A DNA stretch of 64,000 bases from assembly GCA_951406725.2 (NCBI GenBank), contig OX597820.1, forward strand, positions 73,842,001 to 73,906,000, read 5' to 3'. Shown here in pieces: positions 12,951 to 26,600 of this stretch. How positions within the stretch are numbered: the stretch's first letter is position 1; every line of letters begins with the position of its first letter. The position numbers were made by a program, and so were the translations under genes. The notes under the pieces were generated by a model that searched no databases, was not told where the DNA came from, and saw only the letters and a list, made by a program, of their open reading frames with translations. This DNA comes from Octopus vulgaris (taxonomy: Eukaryota).

Positions 12951-13132
12951 CTCTTACACCACCTCTTGATTCTTTAAACCATTTCTTATCCTTCAAATGT
13001 ATATATGTGTGTATATATATATATAAATATATATATACATACATGCACACATACATTCATACATGTATGCGTACATACATACATACATACATACATACAT
13101 ACATACATACATACATACATACATACATACAT

Positions 13133-13163
<31 letters not shown>

Positions 13164-13799
13164 TACATACATACAGACATTCTCAAGCGAAATACATAGA
13201 ATTTTCATATTTTATTAGTGAAACGTTAGTATAAATTTTACGTTGCTGATTATTCAAGGGATTGAATTAAGGAGCTGCGTGACAGAGTCTAAGAAAAGAT
13301 ATTTGTAAAAACATCAAAATGTAATTCGTCAAAATATTATAAGTCATCAATATTTGATTGATTGCCAAAGAAAATGCGTCAAAACATTTACTAACTTCGT
13401 ATTCTTTCACTAAATAAAATATGATGTCTTAATATCTTTGGTATTGTATGACTCTGTCAGTTTGAGTGTTTGGGTAACTCTCTACTCTAGAAGTTCAAAT
13501 CTCGCAAACTTTACCTTTAATCCTGTCGGAATCGATAAAAAAATACATATTGGTTCGAGATTCTCTGGCCGAAGTGTTCAAATTCGTTACGCCATAGGTA
13601 AAAAAAAGACAAAAATAACAAACACTGTCACTGCCGCCGCCGCCGCTTCCACCACCACCACCACCACCACCACCACCACCACCACCACCACCACCACCAC
13701 CACACCACCAATATTATTTGTGAAAATAAAGAAGGAGGAATTTGCTAATGAAGTTTTAGTGTTGATAACCATTTAAAAAAATCATATACTATTTTTTAA

Positions 13800-14170
13800 G
13801 ATATGGCAAACCTAGCAAGTAAGAACTAAATTGTTGCAACGAGTTAGTAGTCGGGTATTCTTCAATAAATATCGATTGAAGTGTCTGCAAGAATTCGACA
13901 AATCTGATCTTTTATTCAAAATTACAAAAACTGTAACAAGATCTTATACTTCTCCGAGGGACACAGATTACATTTTCTGGTACCGTTAAATGCAACGGAA
14001 CACGTATTATAAAATAGATCAATCGCTTTTATAATTGTACAATTAAAACTATTTTCAATTGCAGATATATTTAAAATGGGTGGTGAAGATGCATCTGTCT
14101 GGGTGTTTAAATTCATACACATGCTGCAAGATAATTTTTTTGTAAAGGGATTTTTGATACGACTAATCAT
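13800..14170 (-). pseudogene. Degenerate PLE endonuclease C-terminus
   Basis: ORF contains FNGTRKCNLCPSEKYKIL followed by LLKNTRLLTRCN, resembling the KRCNLCLxEK..LNKRxEL..CRH end of PLE GIY-YIG domains. Confidence 0.55.
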
Positions 14171-14588
14171 ATTCCAATGTGATTGCGAACATTGATGTCT
14201 ATATTGTCACGCTGCTTTCATACATTCGTCATTTGAATAATTGACAGCATAAAACTCAGAGTAACGATACAAGAAGTTTTAGTTCCTAATACACACACAT
14301 ACACTCACTCACTCACTCACCCACTCACACATACACAATACAAACAAGCATGCATACATATATGCTTATGTATGTGTGTTAGAGTATGTATGTGTATAAG
14401 TATAAAAAAAGGAAAGAGTGAGAAGAAGACAGAGAGAGAGAGAGAGAGAGACAGAGTGAGCGAGAGATAACTGTGTCATTTTCTTGCATTCAGCGAGCAA
14501 AACGAGGGGAAAGTCCCTTAGAAATAACCCATGCCTTTCAAAGTTCAGATTTCAATCAGTACCTATCGCTAATATAAACACACTCGTA

Positions 14589-14669
<81 letters not shown>

Positions 14670-14684
14670 GTATATATATGTATG

Positions 14685-14743
<59 letters not shown>

Positions 14744-14937
14744 ATATATATATATGTATATATATATGTGTGTGTGTATGTGCTTCTTGTGTAACCGAGT
14801 ACTTTCTGTGGGGGTGTATCTGTGTGTCTACGTGCGTGTGTACGTGTGCATGAATAAAAAAAATTAATATGATGTTTTTACTTTATTTTCCCCTCCTTTT
14901 GTTGTGTAATTCTATGAACGTGTTTTCCTTTCTCTAG

Positions 14938-15041
14938 ATATCTTTACTGAAGAAATGGGCGGACTGGAAACATGCATTGACGACAACGGTAGAATAACGG
15001 AAAAGACAATGACACCTTGTATTTATTTACAAACGGAATAG
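14938..15041 (+). CDS. Possible short exon of an unknown host gene
   Basis: Strong acceptor TGTTTTCCTTTCTCTAG then non-repetitive open frame (D)IFTEEMGGLETCIDDNGRITEKTMTPCIYLQTE*; no recognisable homology. Confidence 0.2.
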
Positions 15042-15573
15042 GAAGTTCATCTGAATGGGGGAATGTGTCTGGTTGGGCCGTATTATTTATCATAATGAGA
15101 CTACTATTAGTTTACATACAATAGCTGTGCGCGGGGTAGTGATCTTTGCTTTGAATCTGGTGTTGTTGGAGGCGGTGATGGTTTTAATGGTGTTAATGGA
15201 GGCGGTGATGGTTTTAATGGTGTTAATGGCGGTGATGGTTATGAGACTAACGACGGTGGCTGCCATGATGGTAAAGATTGCGGCGCGTAATAATGTGTGA
15301 GACTCATTTGGAGGAAATGATTCACTCTTTCAAATTCACAAAGCATATCTATCATCACTTACTCTCCCCCTCCTCTCTGTCTCACTTTCTCTCAGTCTCT
15401 TTCTCTCTATCTTCTTTCTTTTACTAATTCAACCCCGCCTCAGCTGTCTCTTCCTCTATCTTTACCCATTTATCTATTTCTATTATTTTTTTTGTTTTCT
15501 TCTGCCTCTTCTTCTTCTCCTTACATTTCTTTCTGTCTTTGTCTTCTGCCTTCTTTCCTCACCACGACTCTCA

Positions 15574-15630
<57 letters not shown>

Positions 15631-15886
15631 TGTGTACTTAACATGTTTTTCATCACCCTGTTTCCTGCATCTCCGGGCTTGCTTTCTGTGTCGTACCTAC
15701 TTTTTTCTCTGGGCTTTTGCATAGTTTCTACCTTCCAAATTTCAGCCATAAGATATTGGCCAACCTGAAGATTTTGGTGCTTCATTGGGGATTCGAACTT
15801 GGAACACGTTGCTGCGAAAGAAATTTTTAATGACACTGTCATGCCCATACCAGATTTATTTCAATGTCAATATTACCAGTCAATAT

Positions 15887-16082
15887 AAGGTGGTGAGCTG
15901 GCAGAATCGTTAGCACACCAGGCGAAACGTTTTACGTTCTGAGTTCATATTCCATCGAGGTCGACTTTGCCTTTCATACTTTCGGGATCTATAAAATAAG
16001 TACCAGTTGAACACTGGGGTCGATTTAATCGACTTAGCCCCTCCTCCAAACCTACTGGCTTGGTGCCAAAAATCGAAACCAG
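15887..16082 (+). mobile_element. SINE family B, short form
   Basis: AAGGTGGTGAGCTGGCAGAATCGTTAGC head and GAGGTCGACTTTGCCTTTCAT core. Confidence 0.75.
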
Positions 16083-16406
16083 TATTATCAATGTAAGAAT
16101 ATGTATTCTCTGCATCAAATTACAATGTGTGTGTGAAATGAAGAAATATGTAAATCAATTTTATGTTACATATGTTTCGATGACCGGCCATTTATTTCAT
16201 ATTACATACATGGATCATGCCATGTTGTATAATAAACTTACAGTCAGTTCGCTTCATCAAACATTTTCATTTCGACTTACAATCGATATAGGTCGATTTA
16301 AAATAATAAAGGACGATTGTTGATGGGGATGGACGGACTGCTCTTCTTGGGAACGGTAGGCATTATAGCAATTTTTCGGAAAGGACTATATTCCTGGAGA
16401 GAGAAA

Positions 16407-16439
<33 letters not shown>

Positions 16440-16904
16440 GGGTAGGCGAGAGAGAGAGAGAGAAGCAGATAGACTCTGAAGAGTTTGGTTTGATTAGTAA
16501 GCTAACTTTCAGGTGTATTATTCGAAGGCAATAAAAAGACCGTAGTCAGAGATGGTAGATATTTTGCTTTGATGCAACCAGAGGTACTTCCGCACATGGT
16601 ATGTATGTCTACATAATGGTGAAGACTGTATTCTTCGTGTGTAGAGCCAAAGTGTATCTGCGTGTGAACCATTTGCATTTACGACTCACATCTATTTTTG
16701 TTCTCACTCTTTGATACCATTGCTTCTCCATATCTTTGTTCTGCTTGTATGTCTCACGCTCACAACTGCATTTAAAATGGATGTACATATCTCTAAATAA
16801 AACGCAGTTTCCCCAAATCTCCAACGACATTATCTTCACAATATTCGCCACCTTTCTGTTCTCTCCCTCGCTGCAGTTGAAATATGTGACAAACTTATTT
16901 CAAC

Positions 16905-17227
16905 TAACCTACATTGTGATTATACGTAAACACTGCTCTGCGCCGTTACTCCGATATTTTTCTCGATCGGGAAAAATAATTCAATGTGTTATCTGAATTA
17001 TATAAAAAGCGATAAGCTTTATTTAGTGCTTTCAGAGTTGTCTCTCTTAGGTAGATCTCATCGACAAGAGTCAATAAACTCGAAACATCGATGCCTGAGA
17101 TATCCGAGAGATGGTGACAACGAACAGAGTGTTTTCACACCTTTTTACCGTAAGAGAGAATTTTTTCTCCACAGTAACCTAAATTGTGATTATACGTAAA
17201 CACCGCTTTGCACCATTACTCCAATAT
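16905..17227 (+). repeat. 270-bp unit bounded by 53-bp direct repeats (retrozyme/pLTR-like)
   Basis: TAACCTACATTGTGATTATACGTAAACA.. at 16905 and 17175, 6 mismatches in 53 bp. Confidence 0.7.
17055..17101 (+). ncRNA. Degenerate minimal type I hammerhead motif
   Basis: ATCTCA-TCGACAA-GAGT..ACTC-GAAAC-ATCGAT-GCC-TGAGAT: stems I, II and palindromic III present; core and cleavage triplet mutated. Confidence 0.55.
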
Positions 17228-17939
17228 ATAAGAAACGAAACGAAACCAAACGAATCGAATCGAATCGACGCGAAGGCGCTCAGTCATACAATAGTGTAAT
17301 AAATAAAATATATGCATACATACAAACATATATGTACGTACCTACATCTACATGTATATATACATGCATATATAAATATATATACGTGTGTACAGGACAC
17401 CACAAATAGACGTAGAACTCAACGAAAAACGAAAACGTAAAAACAGCATGGAACGGACCATTCCTTTAACAACGAAAAAACAGAGTACAAGACAACTACA
17501 CAAGGAAAAATCCCATATATTTACACGTGTTTGTGTGTATGCGTGGGTTTTTACATGTGTGTGTGTGTACATGTGTCTGTATAAGAAAGAAAGAGAAAAA
17601 AGTGTTATATATTTACGCATGCAGCATATAATTGTACACACACACACACACACAAACGTAATACTTAAAACGACAAACGGCCGTGTAGTTTAATTCATAT
17701 GATCCATCCAAGCGTTCTAATCGCCCGCTCCTCAATTGAAAGACATCTTTATGACAGTATGTCAATATTTTAATTAACTGCTCATTTTAATTGATGTACT
17801 TTAAAATTGCGTAATGACAAATCACTTCAAATTATTCTCAAGTGTCGAAGTTAATTTGAAATGGGTGTTTTGTATAGAGAGAAATTATTGTGATTGTAGA
17901 AGTAGTGGATACAATGATTGTGATAGTAGTAGTAGTAAT

Positions 17940-17974
<35 letters not shown>

Positions 17975-18260
17975 TAGTAGCAGTAGTAGCATTTGTAGTA
18001 GTAGTAGTAGTAGTCGTTGTACTAATAGAATGATGAGAAAAATGGAAGTGGTTTTGTGAAAGGTGACCATTGAGTTACTAAATATCACTAAGTATACGGG
18101 GTTAGTGGTGGTGTCGAAATGAATCATTCAGCTCACACATACGCGCACGCGCACACACACGTAAATGCATAGAGAGAGAGAGGGAGAGGAGGGAGAGAGA
18201 GATAAATGCGCATAAGTCGAATTACCAAAGTATTATTGAAATCGTTTGAAAAAAATGTGA

Positions 18261-18395
18261 GGCTTACCAACCACATGGTTCCGGGTTCAATTCCACTGCA
18301 TGGCACCTTGGGCAAGTGTCTTCTACTATAGCCTCACGCTGACGAAAGCCTTCTGAATGGATCTGGTAGACGGAAACTGAAAGAAGCCTGTCGTG
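18261..18395 (+). mobile_element. SINE family A, 5' half
   Basis: CCACATGGTTCCGGGTTCAATTCCACTGCATGGCACCTTGGGCAAGTG. Confidence 0.75.
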
Positions 18396-18549
18396 TATAT
18401 ATATATATATTTCCCGTACACGAAACTTTAAGTCAAACTGTTATACCAAGAATACTATTACAACTATGTTTTGACTGCTACTTCCGTTCGTTTGTTCATT
18501 CATGCATGTATATAATTCTCTCCCCCTCTCTCTCTCTCTATCTCTCACT

Positions 18550-18594
<45 letters not shown>

Positions 18595-18604
18595 TATATA
18601 TTGT

Positions 18605-18940
18605 GAAGGCGCATGGCTCAGTGGCTGGAGCGTCGAGCTTACGATCGTGATATTGTGAGTTAGATTCCCAGATCGGGCTGCGTGTTGTGTTCTTGAGCAA
18701 GACACTTTATTTCACAGTGTTCCAGTTCACTCTGCTGTAGAAATGAGTTGCGACGTCACTGGTGCCAAGCTGTATCGGCCTTTGCCTTTCCCTTGGATAA
18801 CATCGGTGGTGTGGAGAGGGGAGGTATGCATGGGCGACTGCTGGCCTTCTATAAGCAACCTTGCCGGACTTGTGCCTCGGAGGGTAACTTTCTAGGTGCA
18901 ATCCCATGGTCATTCATGACCGAAAGGGGTCACTCCTTTA
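18605..18940 (+). mobile_element. tRNA-derived SINE (family D-like)
   Basis: GAAGGCGCATGGCTCAGTGG head, TGTGTTCTTGAGCAAGACACTTTATTTC; sits in (TA)n. Confidence 0.7.
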
Positions 18941-18967
18941 TATATGTATGTGTGTGTGTGTAAGTGC

Positions 18968-19006
<39 letters not shown>

Positions 19007-19149
19007 TGTGTGTGTATGTAGTGATGAGATTATGCTGATTGATCAGGCTACGAATGACAAAATAGCAAAGAACCCACTGTCGAAAACAACCGCAACTTTA
19101 AACAGATCAAGACCAGACCCGTTCTGTGGAAATTCTTTTGAAAAACATT

Positions 19150-19420
19150 TCACACGGAACCGATGCAGCAAGGGAGACTACAAGTAGGACATTTAGAATT
19201 ATCTATGCGCATCATATGAACTCATTCCATAATGTATGTAGAATGAACTGGACGTCTGTACTGCGTCAAATTGCGAGCTTCAAAGAGAAAAATAGAAGCA
19301 TTATAAGTGTGGCAATAGTGGACAGCGATATACATATGTTAATGGTTCTGATAAGTATCCGCTAAATGTTGCAAAAAATAATACAACATAAGAACAATTT
19401 ATGTCTATTCAACAAGAAAA
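19150..19420 (+). pseudogene. Degenerate PLE GIY-YIG remnant
   Basis: ETTSRTFRIIYAHHMNSFHN..TSV..I..FKEKN..YVNGSDK resembles GxT..FKxRYxNHxxSF..TxLS..IWxLK..YxNG..C. Confidence 0.45.
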
Positions 19421-20972
19421 ATGAGATTGTGTATTGACGCAGACACCAGAACAAATTTATGTTGAGAATTGATCCCAGGTGCAGTCAGAGCAAATAGACA
19501 ACTTGTTTTGACAATAGTAAAAGCAACAGTTATGCCCACTCTACAGGATCTTGTCCACATTACACTAATATTATAAATGACCAAAAATAGATTGATGAGT
19601 AAAAACAGGTAGATTAATCGATTGACTAATGTAAATGAGAGGTAAAATGCATCAAGAAAGGAATGTAGTCGTTAGAATATATAACAGAATCACAGGAAAA
19701 ATTGCAGTGGAAAATCGTAGCCATCATAAATTTCAGCTGAAATATTTAATGACTCTATATTTAACTGATTCTATATTTTTCTCGACTCTGTATAGACAAA
19801 AGGTTAAGCTGAGCCCGGCAGAGTTCGGACTAACGATTTAAAGAGATATAAATAAGTACTGAAAGTCATTCAGTTCAATATCCCACATATTCTTATAACA
19901 ATATTTCTTTTTCGACATAGGGAAAAGATCATAAAATAGGGCTGGTCCTCACTATATTTTGACTAGTTATATTCTGTTACTTTCACAAATATCTTTTCTT
20001 AGATATTGTCACGCATCTTTCTTAATTCAAACCAGCAACGTAAAATTTGCTCTAACAATTCAAAAAGCTTCTGTTTCTAATAAATTATGAAAACCCGATA
20101 TGAGTACCTCTTCATTTCTACATGCAAAAATTCACCTAGGTATGTATGTATGTATGTATGTATGTATGTATGTATGTATGTATGTGTTTGTATGCATGTA
20201 TGTGTATTTATGTATGTATTTCGACTTCACTCATGGCTCTGACGAACCTTCTTGTCTTGTGCCCTCTCTGAAGATCTTTAAACCTTCATCCGCATCTTTT
20301 CTCTGACGCATCGTTTCTGAGCTGAGCTTCCAGTTAGTCATAAGTCCTGTTATGCAAATACCTTCTTTCCTCGAACTGCTGTTCTCCGGAACTCATTACC
20401 GTCGTCTTATTTCGCTTTGATTTAATATATTAATTTTTTATTAAGCTTTCTGTTCATCAACTTCTTTTGAATTTGTGGGTCCCTATTTTCCCCTTCTTCG
20501 TAGTCTCTTAGGCTACAGTGGCCTCAAGCCTTGTTTGGGTCAAAACCGTTGAAAAGAAATCACTCTGACTGGTCTTTATCGATTCTCTAAAGAATATCAA
20601 CTAAAACTATCCTCGGTAGGATCTGAACTCGGAATGCAAAGCGCTGTAGCAACTGCTGCAAAAACTTTTCGTTGCGGCACTGCCAATATCAGTAATACAC
20701 CGCCTACTCCAATAATAATATTAATAATATAAATAATATATCTACTAATGCGATTAAAGTGAATAAATATTTGAAGAGGGGCGCCCCCGTAATAAATTAG
20801 AAGAAATAAAGCAGAAGAATTTCTGATAATATAAATATAGAAACAAAAGAGTTCGTGAGGGTTGTGAGATTTAACTCCCAGTCTACGGTTTCACTGCTGC
20901 CGATGGAACGAATTTAAATGTAAGCAGGTCAGCCGTAAGAACTGCGCCCAGTTGCTAAGTAAACAGGATTCC

Positions 20973-21031
<59 letters not shown>

Positions 21032-21239
21032 CTTAACAACAACAATGATGATAATGAAGAGGATAAAGATGATGATAATGATAATGAAGATAATGATGAT
21101 GATAATGATAATGCTGACGACGACAACGATGATGATGATGGTGATGATGATGACGGTGGTGGTGATGATAATGCTGATGATGATGGTGATGACGGCTACA
21201 GGGCGTCGCCTGTTAAAAAAACAAATGCACTAGAACATT

Positions 21240-21310
<71 letters not shown>

Positions 21311-21841
21311 GTTGTTATTGCATTTTTCTTACTGTCATATTTTCTGTTTTCATTTACATTTTTTTTTCTTTTCTCTCGTTTCTTTGTACTCAATTTAACC
21401 CAGGAGAATTATTTACATTTTCGGAGTATTTATTTCCATATTTTGTTGATGTTTCTATTGAAATGCTCATCGTGCTACACGCTAAATGTGTTTCATAGAG
21501 TTGAAAGAACACCGTTGTATGTTTAGTGTCAATAGGAAAGTTGAACTGTTGGCTTTTAAGGTTGGAGACTTTATAGGATAATTGAGCGGGAAAAATTTAG
21601 TTCATTATTTCACACCAACCAAAACACTCGGGTGAAACAACCAATACACTCACGTATGTGTGCAAGTTTGTGTATGTATGTATGTATGTATGTATGTATG
21701 TATGTATGTATGTATGTATATAAATACACACACACATATATAATATAATATAATATAATATAATACAATATAATATAATATATATATAATATAAATAATA
21801 TATAAATATATGCATATATATATACATATATGTACATACCT

Positions 21842-21887
<46 letters not shown>

Positions 21888-21888
<1 letters not shown>

Positions 21889-21950
21889 ATCAAAATAAGC
21901 AACAAGGATATCCAGCATACCTCTGGATATCCTTGTTGCTTATTTTGATT
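21888..21950. repeat. Perfect 28-bp inverted repeat, 7-nt loop
   Basis: AATCAAAATAAGCAACAAGGATATCCAG-catacct-CTGGATATCCTTGTTGCTTATTTTGATT. Confidence 0.9.
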
Positions 21951-22260
21951 TTAATCACCTTATTTTGAAATTGTATGGATAATACCATACTAAATTCTGG
22001 TGTCTCAACTTAAGTACCATATTCACCTGAATCTAAATTTTTTTTACTACACACACACACACACACACAGACACACACACACACACACTCACACACACAC
22101 ATATATATATATATGCGTATGTACATAATTCTTGTGGATGGTAGGTTTAAAAAGGAAGGTATGTCCAGCTGAGCTTAGTTTGAGAGTGAATAAAGAATAT
22201 TTAATCCATAATCGTTATTAGACAAGTTCCCGATGAACCATATGTAAATACACACACACT

Positions 22261-22330
<70 letters not shown>

Positions 22331-23454
22331 TTATTTTTTAGTTGTAGGATCAAGAAAAAATGTTCATCAAGTGAGTGATAAGTATCATTTGATATATACA
22401 GTAATGAAAAAAAAAGCCATTTATAGTTTCATACCATGGAAACACGATAATTTGGCAGACTTATATAACGTGCCTTGGATCTCCAGGTTCAGTGCATATG
22501 GTTAGTCCTATTTGAAAACCGGGATGCTGGTCTATGAGAAAACACGAGAAAAAGATAAGAAGGTTGATGCAAAAAGTAGAAAGAGATGACTAAGAATGGA
22601 TAAACTGGAAAAAGAAAGGAAAGAAAAAGAAAACCAAGAGTTGCGTCCCTTTTGTCAGTAGAAATCACAGTTAATCTGGCTGGTGTAATTCAACAGTGAC
22701 AAGGCCAAAGTCTAAGATACTCTAGCTCAATCATACTGTTCGACATAAGAAATTTGGCTATGTGGTTGCATTTGGTGAAAATTTCGGATTTGCATTTAAG
22801 AGGTGTGGGGGATTCTTGGATCTAAAGGAATGCATATATGTATGTATGTGCACATTTATGCTTATATGTATGTACGTAAGCATATGTGTGTATGCATGTA
22901 TGTATGCATATGTTCATGTATGCTTATATGTATGTAAGTATTTACGTATGTATGTATGATATAGAAGACGAGAAAAGCAGTAACATCACATTCGAGAACC
23001 GAACATCGCTCTATCTGCTGCGAAACATATAGCTGTACTAACCTCTATACGGAGACAGTACAACTTCAACCATCCAAATTAAAAGCCTTGACCTAAAAAG
23101 CTAGGATACATACATACATACATACATACATACATACATACATACATACATACATAAATACATATGCTTAATTTGTAGAGTAAGAAGGTAACCAATAGTT
23201 CCAAGTAGAAGTGATATACACTACTATTCAAGATAACAACTTGGGAATGTTGCTACTTGTCTCCATTTTGCATGGGAATACAGGAGGTTACGCAAGACTA
23301 TACGGGATTTCAAAATAAATTCACAGGTCAGGCTACGTAACTTATAAGAATATCGTCATTGTTATCTCTCTTGCATTAGCCCCGAAATTTTACAATTTTA
23401 CAGCATAGTTTAATTAATTCTTTAATTATTTTATGCGATACGAAATCATTCAGC

Positions 23455-24182
23455 GTCCCCCCCCCCGATGGGGCTCCTTAACCATGGTGAGGGAAACCAA
23501 CGTAGAAGGAAAACTTTGATATAAAACCAGGTTTGTGGTTGCTGACGGTCCCCTTTGTTGATGTACACTATCAGCATTTACTTATTCATGGGGCAGTCTG
23601 GGCTCTGTAGCTTTTGAGCAACTAGACCGGGAGAAAGCCACTTTAATCTCAAATCTGCGATCGATTTAGCATCTGATATGTGGCACGCTGTGCACCAGAA
23701 CAGGTAAATATCATCATTTATAGGCATGTAAGGCAATTGGAACGATACTATCAATATTGTCTGAGAAAATTTTTTGGGATAAATGGGAAAATAGCCATTA
23801 GTAATGTGGAGGTGCTTGAGAGAAGTGACTGTAGGATTATAGAGTCAATGATTTTGCAAAGACGTCTGATGTAGGGGTGGGGGATTTGGCAAGGATGATT
23901 GATGAGCGACTTCCCAAGCAGCTATTGTATGGTGAGCTGGAAGATGACAGGAAACCAGTGAATAAGCCTAAACTAAGGTTTAAGGATTGCTTTAAAAATG
24001 CTCTCATACAGACAGGAATTGCAGCTGTTGATTGGGAGAGGGTGGCACAAGACCGCGATGGATGGAGGAAGATAGTGCATGATGGTTGTTCAAGGTTTGA
24101 GAGGGAGAGAGTGAAGTATGAGAGAATTAGGAGATGGCTTAGAAGGAGGGAGCCTGTGGAAAGTAAGAGTGTTGCTTTTTTT

Positions 24183-24219
<37 letters not shown>

Positions 24220-24590
24220 TTTGTGGGAGGAGGTGTTTGAGTCGTGCAGGCCTGGGGAACCATAAAAAATCTCACAGGAATCGACCCATGATAAACAGTG
24301 ATGTGGCTATAAAAATTCACAACAGAACATGTGTAAAATATGGAAGGGTGTACGTCTCAGGTGGAGGTCTGAAAAGACATGTTACGAGAGTGCATATGGT
24401 GGTACCTGTTTCTCCTGCCAGCCAGTACAGTTGTGAAGCATGTAATAAAATGTGTAAAAGTTTGGCTGGGATTAAACGTCATATAAGGGCATCACATGGC
24501 ATCAATAATGAATCATTTCAGTAAGTCTTTTTGGCAATGGCTTTTCTCGTGTAACGAGGGTGCAACTATGATATGATATGATATATGACA
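23455..24590 (+). mobile_element. RTE-clade LINE remnant: 5'UTR-like segment plus ORF C-terminus with C2H2 fingers
   Basis: ORFs 23680-23874 and 23877-24524: CLRK..ISNVEVLER..IESMILQRRL..RMIDERLPKQLLYGEL..PKLRFKD..WERVAQDRDGWRK (classic RTE); ends in (ATATG)n. Confidence 0.85.
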
Positions 24591-24631
24591 TGATATGATA
24601 TGATATATATATATATGTATATATGTATATA

Positions 24632-24752
<121 letters not shown>

Positions 24753-24839
24753 ATATATGTGTGTGTGAGTGTAAATTAATAAATAAATAAATATGTAAAT
24801 AAATAAATAAATAAATAAATAGATAAATAAATAAATAAA

Positions 24840-24890
<51 letters not shown>

Positions 24891-24894
24891 ATAA

Positions 24895-25050
24895 ACGACG
24901 GGTTTCTTTCAGTTTCCGTCTACCAAACCAACTCACAAGTCTTTGGTCGGCCTGAAGCTATAGTAGAAGACACTTGCCCAAGGTGCCATGCAGTGGGATT
25001 GGAAGCGGAACCATATGGATGGGAAGCAGGCTTCTTACCACACAGCCACA
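24895..25050 (-). mobile_element. SINE family A, 5' half
   Basis: TTCTTTCAGTTTCCGTCTACCAAA..GACACTTGCCCAAGGTGCCA. Confidence 0.75.
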
Positions 25051-25295
25051 TTTACCTCTACGTTCTGTGTTCAAATGTCGCCGAGATCAATTTTGTCTTT
25101 CGTCCTTCCGGCTTTGATAAAATAAAACTCTAAGTGAAGTACTAAGGTCAATACAACCGACTGTTTCTTCCCACCAGGCAAATTTATGCCCCTTGTGTTT
25201 TTATGAGAAACGATAAAGCAACTAGAGGCAAACATGCACACCGCTAAATACATCTTCATTACTTGCTCACAGTCACATGTAAAGTAGAAGCTAAT

Positions 25296-25591
25296 GGGCT
25301 GTCAGATAAATTCGTTCGTTTTTTCTTTCTTTTCCTACTTCAAAGATGATAAACAAAAGTTGTAGAGGATGAATAGAGCTACAATTTAACCATAAAATAA
25401 TTGTAAATAAGTATATCATTCGTGTAAATTCAAATAGACACTTAAGTTCATGAACTGGTGTCAACTTAATATCATACACATTTCAAATTTATTCAAATAA
25501 TACTGGAAGGGATTAAGGGGGGAAAAAAAGAGACACGAAGAATAAAAAAACAAAATAATACAAAACAATAAACGAACGAATTTATCTGACA
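25296..25591. mobile_element. MITE with short TIRs (Merlin/Mutator-like)
   Basis: GGGCTGTCAGATAAATTCGTTCGTTT ... AAACGAACGAATTTATCTGACA; AAGCTAAT on both flanks (25288, 25591); right terminus shortened. Confidence 0.55.
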
Positions 25592-26199
25592 AGCTAATTG
25601 TTAGTTTGCTATCTTATTAGCTATCAAGCCAACCCCACGGGAGGGTCTACGTAAAATTTCTGGGTCAATGAGACCTATCATAATCTTTTGACCTAACATT
25701 GACATTTACAAGGAGTTCTTTAACTTGATATGTTCATCTGGTTTCATTTCACTCGTGATTTGTAATAAATCTATCAAACATTAGTCGTTTCGTGATGACC
25801 AGGGCCTTTCCCGCTCTCTTTAAAACATGAATGTATTTTAGACCATTTTAAGCGTGCCCACACTTCTACACAAATGTCTTAGAGATAAAGAGGAAGACCA
25901 ACAGAAAAGAGCATCCGAATTGTTGGGGTTTTTTTTGTCCTTTTTGTTCATTTGTTCATTTTCTTTCTTTCTTCCCCCTTCCTATTTTTTTTTTATTTCT
26001 TTCGTTTGTTTCCTTCTGCTCATATTTTATCGTATTAAAAATTGCGAGCTAGATAAGTCATGGTTTAAAAATGAGAAAAAAAACCCCCAACAATTAGTTG
26101 TGTGTGTTTGTGTGTGTATACGTGCATTTATACATACATACATACATACATACACACATACATACATACATACATACATACACACACACAAACATATAT

Positions 26200-26600
26200 A
26201 GGAGTGGCTGTGTGGTAAGTAGCTTGCTAACCAACCACATGGTTCCGGGTTCAGTCCCACTGCGTGGCATCTTGGGCAAGTGTCTTCTGCTATAGCCCCG
26301 GGCCGACCAATGCCTTGTGAGTGGATTTGGTAGACGGAAACTGAAAGAAGCCTGTCGTATATATGTATATATATATAAGTGTGTGTGTATATGTTTGTGT
26401 GTCTGTGTTTGTCCCCCTAGCATTTCTTGACAACCGATGCTGGTGTGTTTACATCCCCGTCACTTAGCAGTTCGGCAAAAGAGACCGATAGAATAAGTAC
26501 TGGGCTTACAAAGAATAAGTCCCGGGGTCGATTTGCTCGACTAAAGGCGGTGCTCCAGCATGGCCGCAGTCAAATGACTGAAACAAGTAAAAGAGTAAAG
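26200..26600 (+). mobile_element. SINE family A, full length, young
   Basis: Nearly identical to the copy at 31011-31450. Confidence 0.85.

Noticed and set aside
15168-15240. 30-bp tandem repeat encoding EAVMVLMVLM
   Set aside because: Low-complexity GGT/GAT-derived slippage with no functional signal.
16609-16851. 80-aa ORF / possible RTE RT relic
   Set aside because: Too decayed to assign; the same applies to relics near 20240-20400, 22450 and 30550.
23877-24524. Host C2H2 zinc-finger gene
   Set aside because: In frame with RTE LINE motifs, preceded by a stop and lacking TGEKP linkers.
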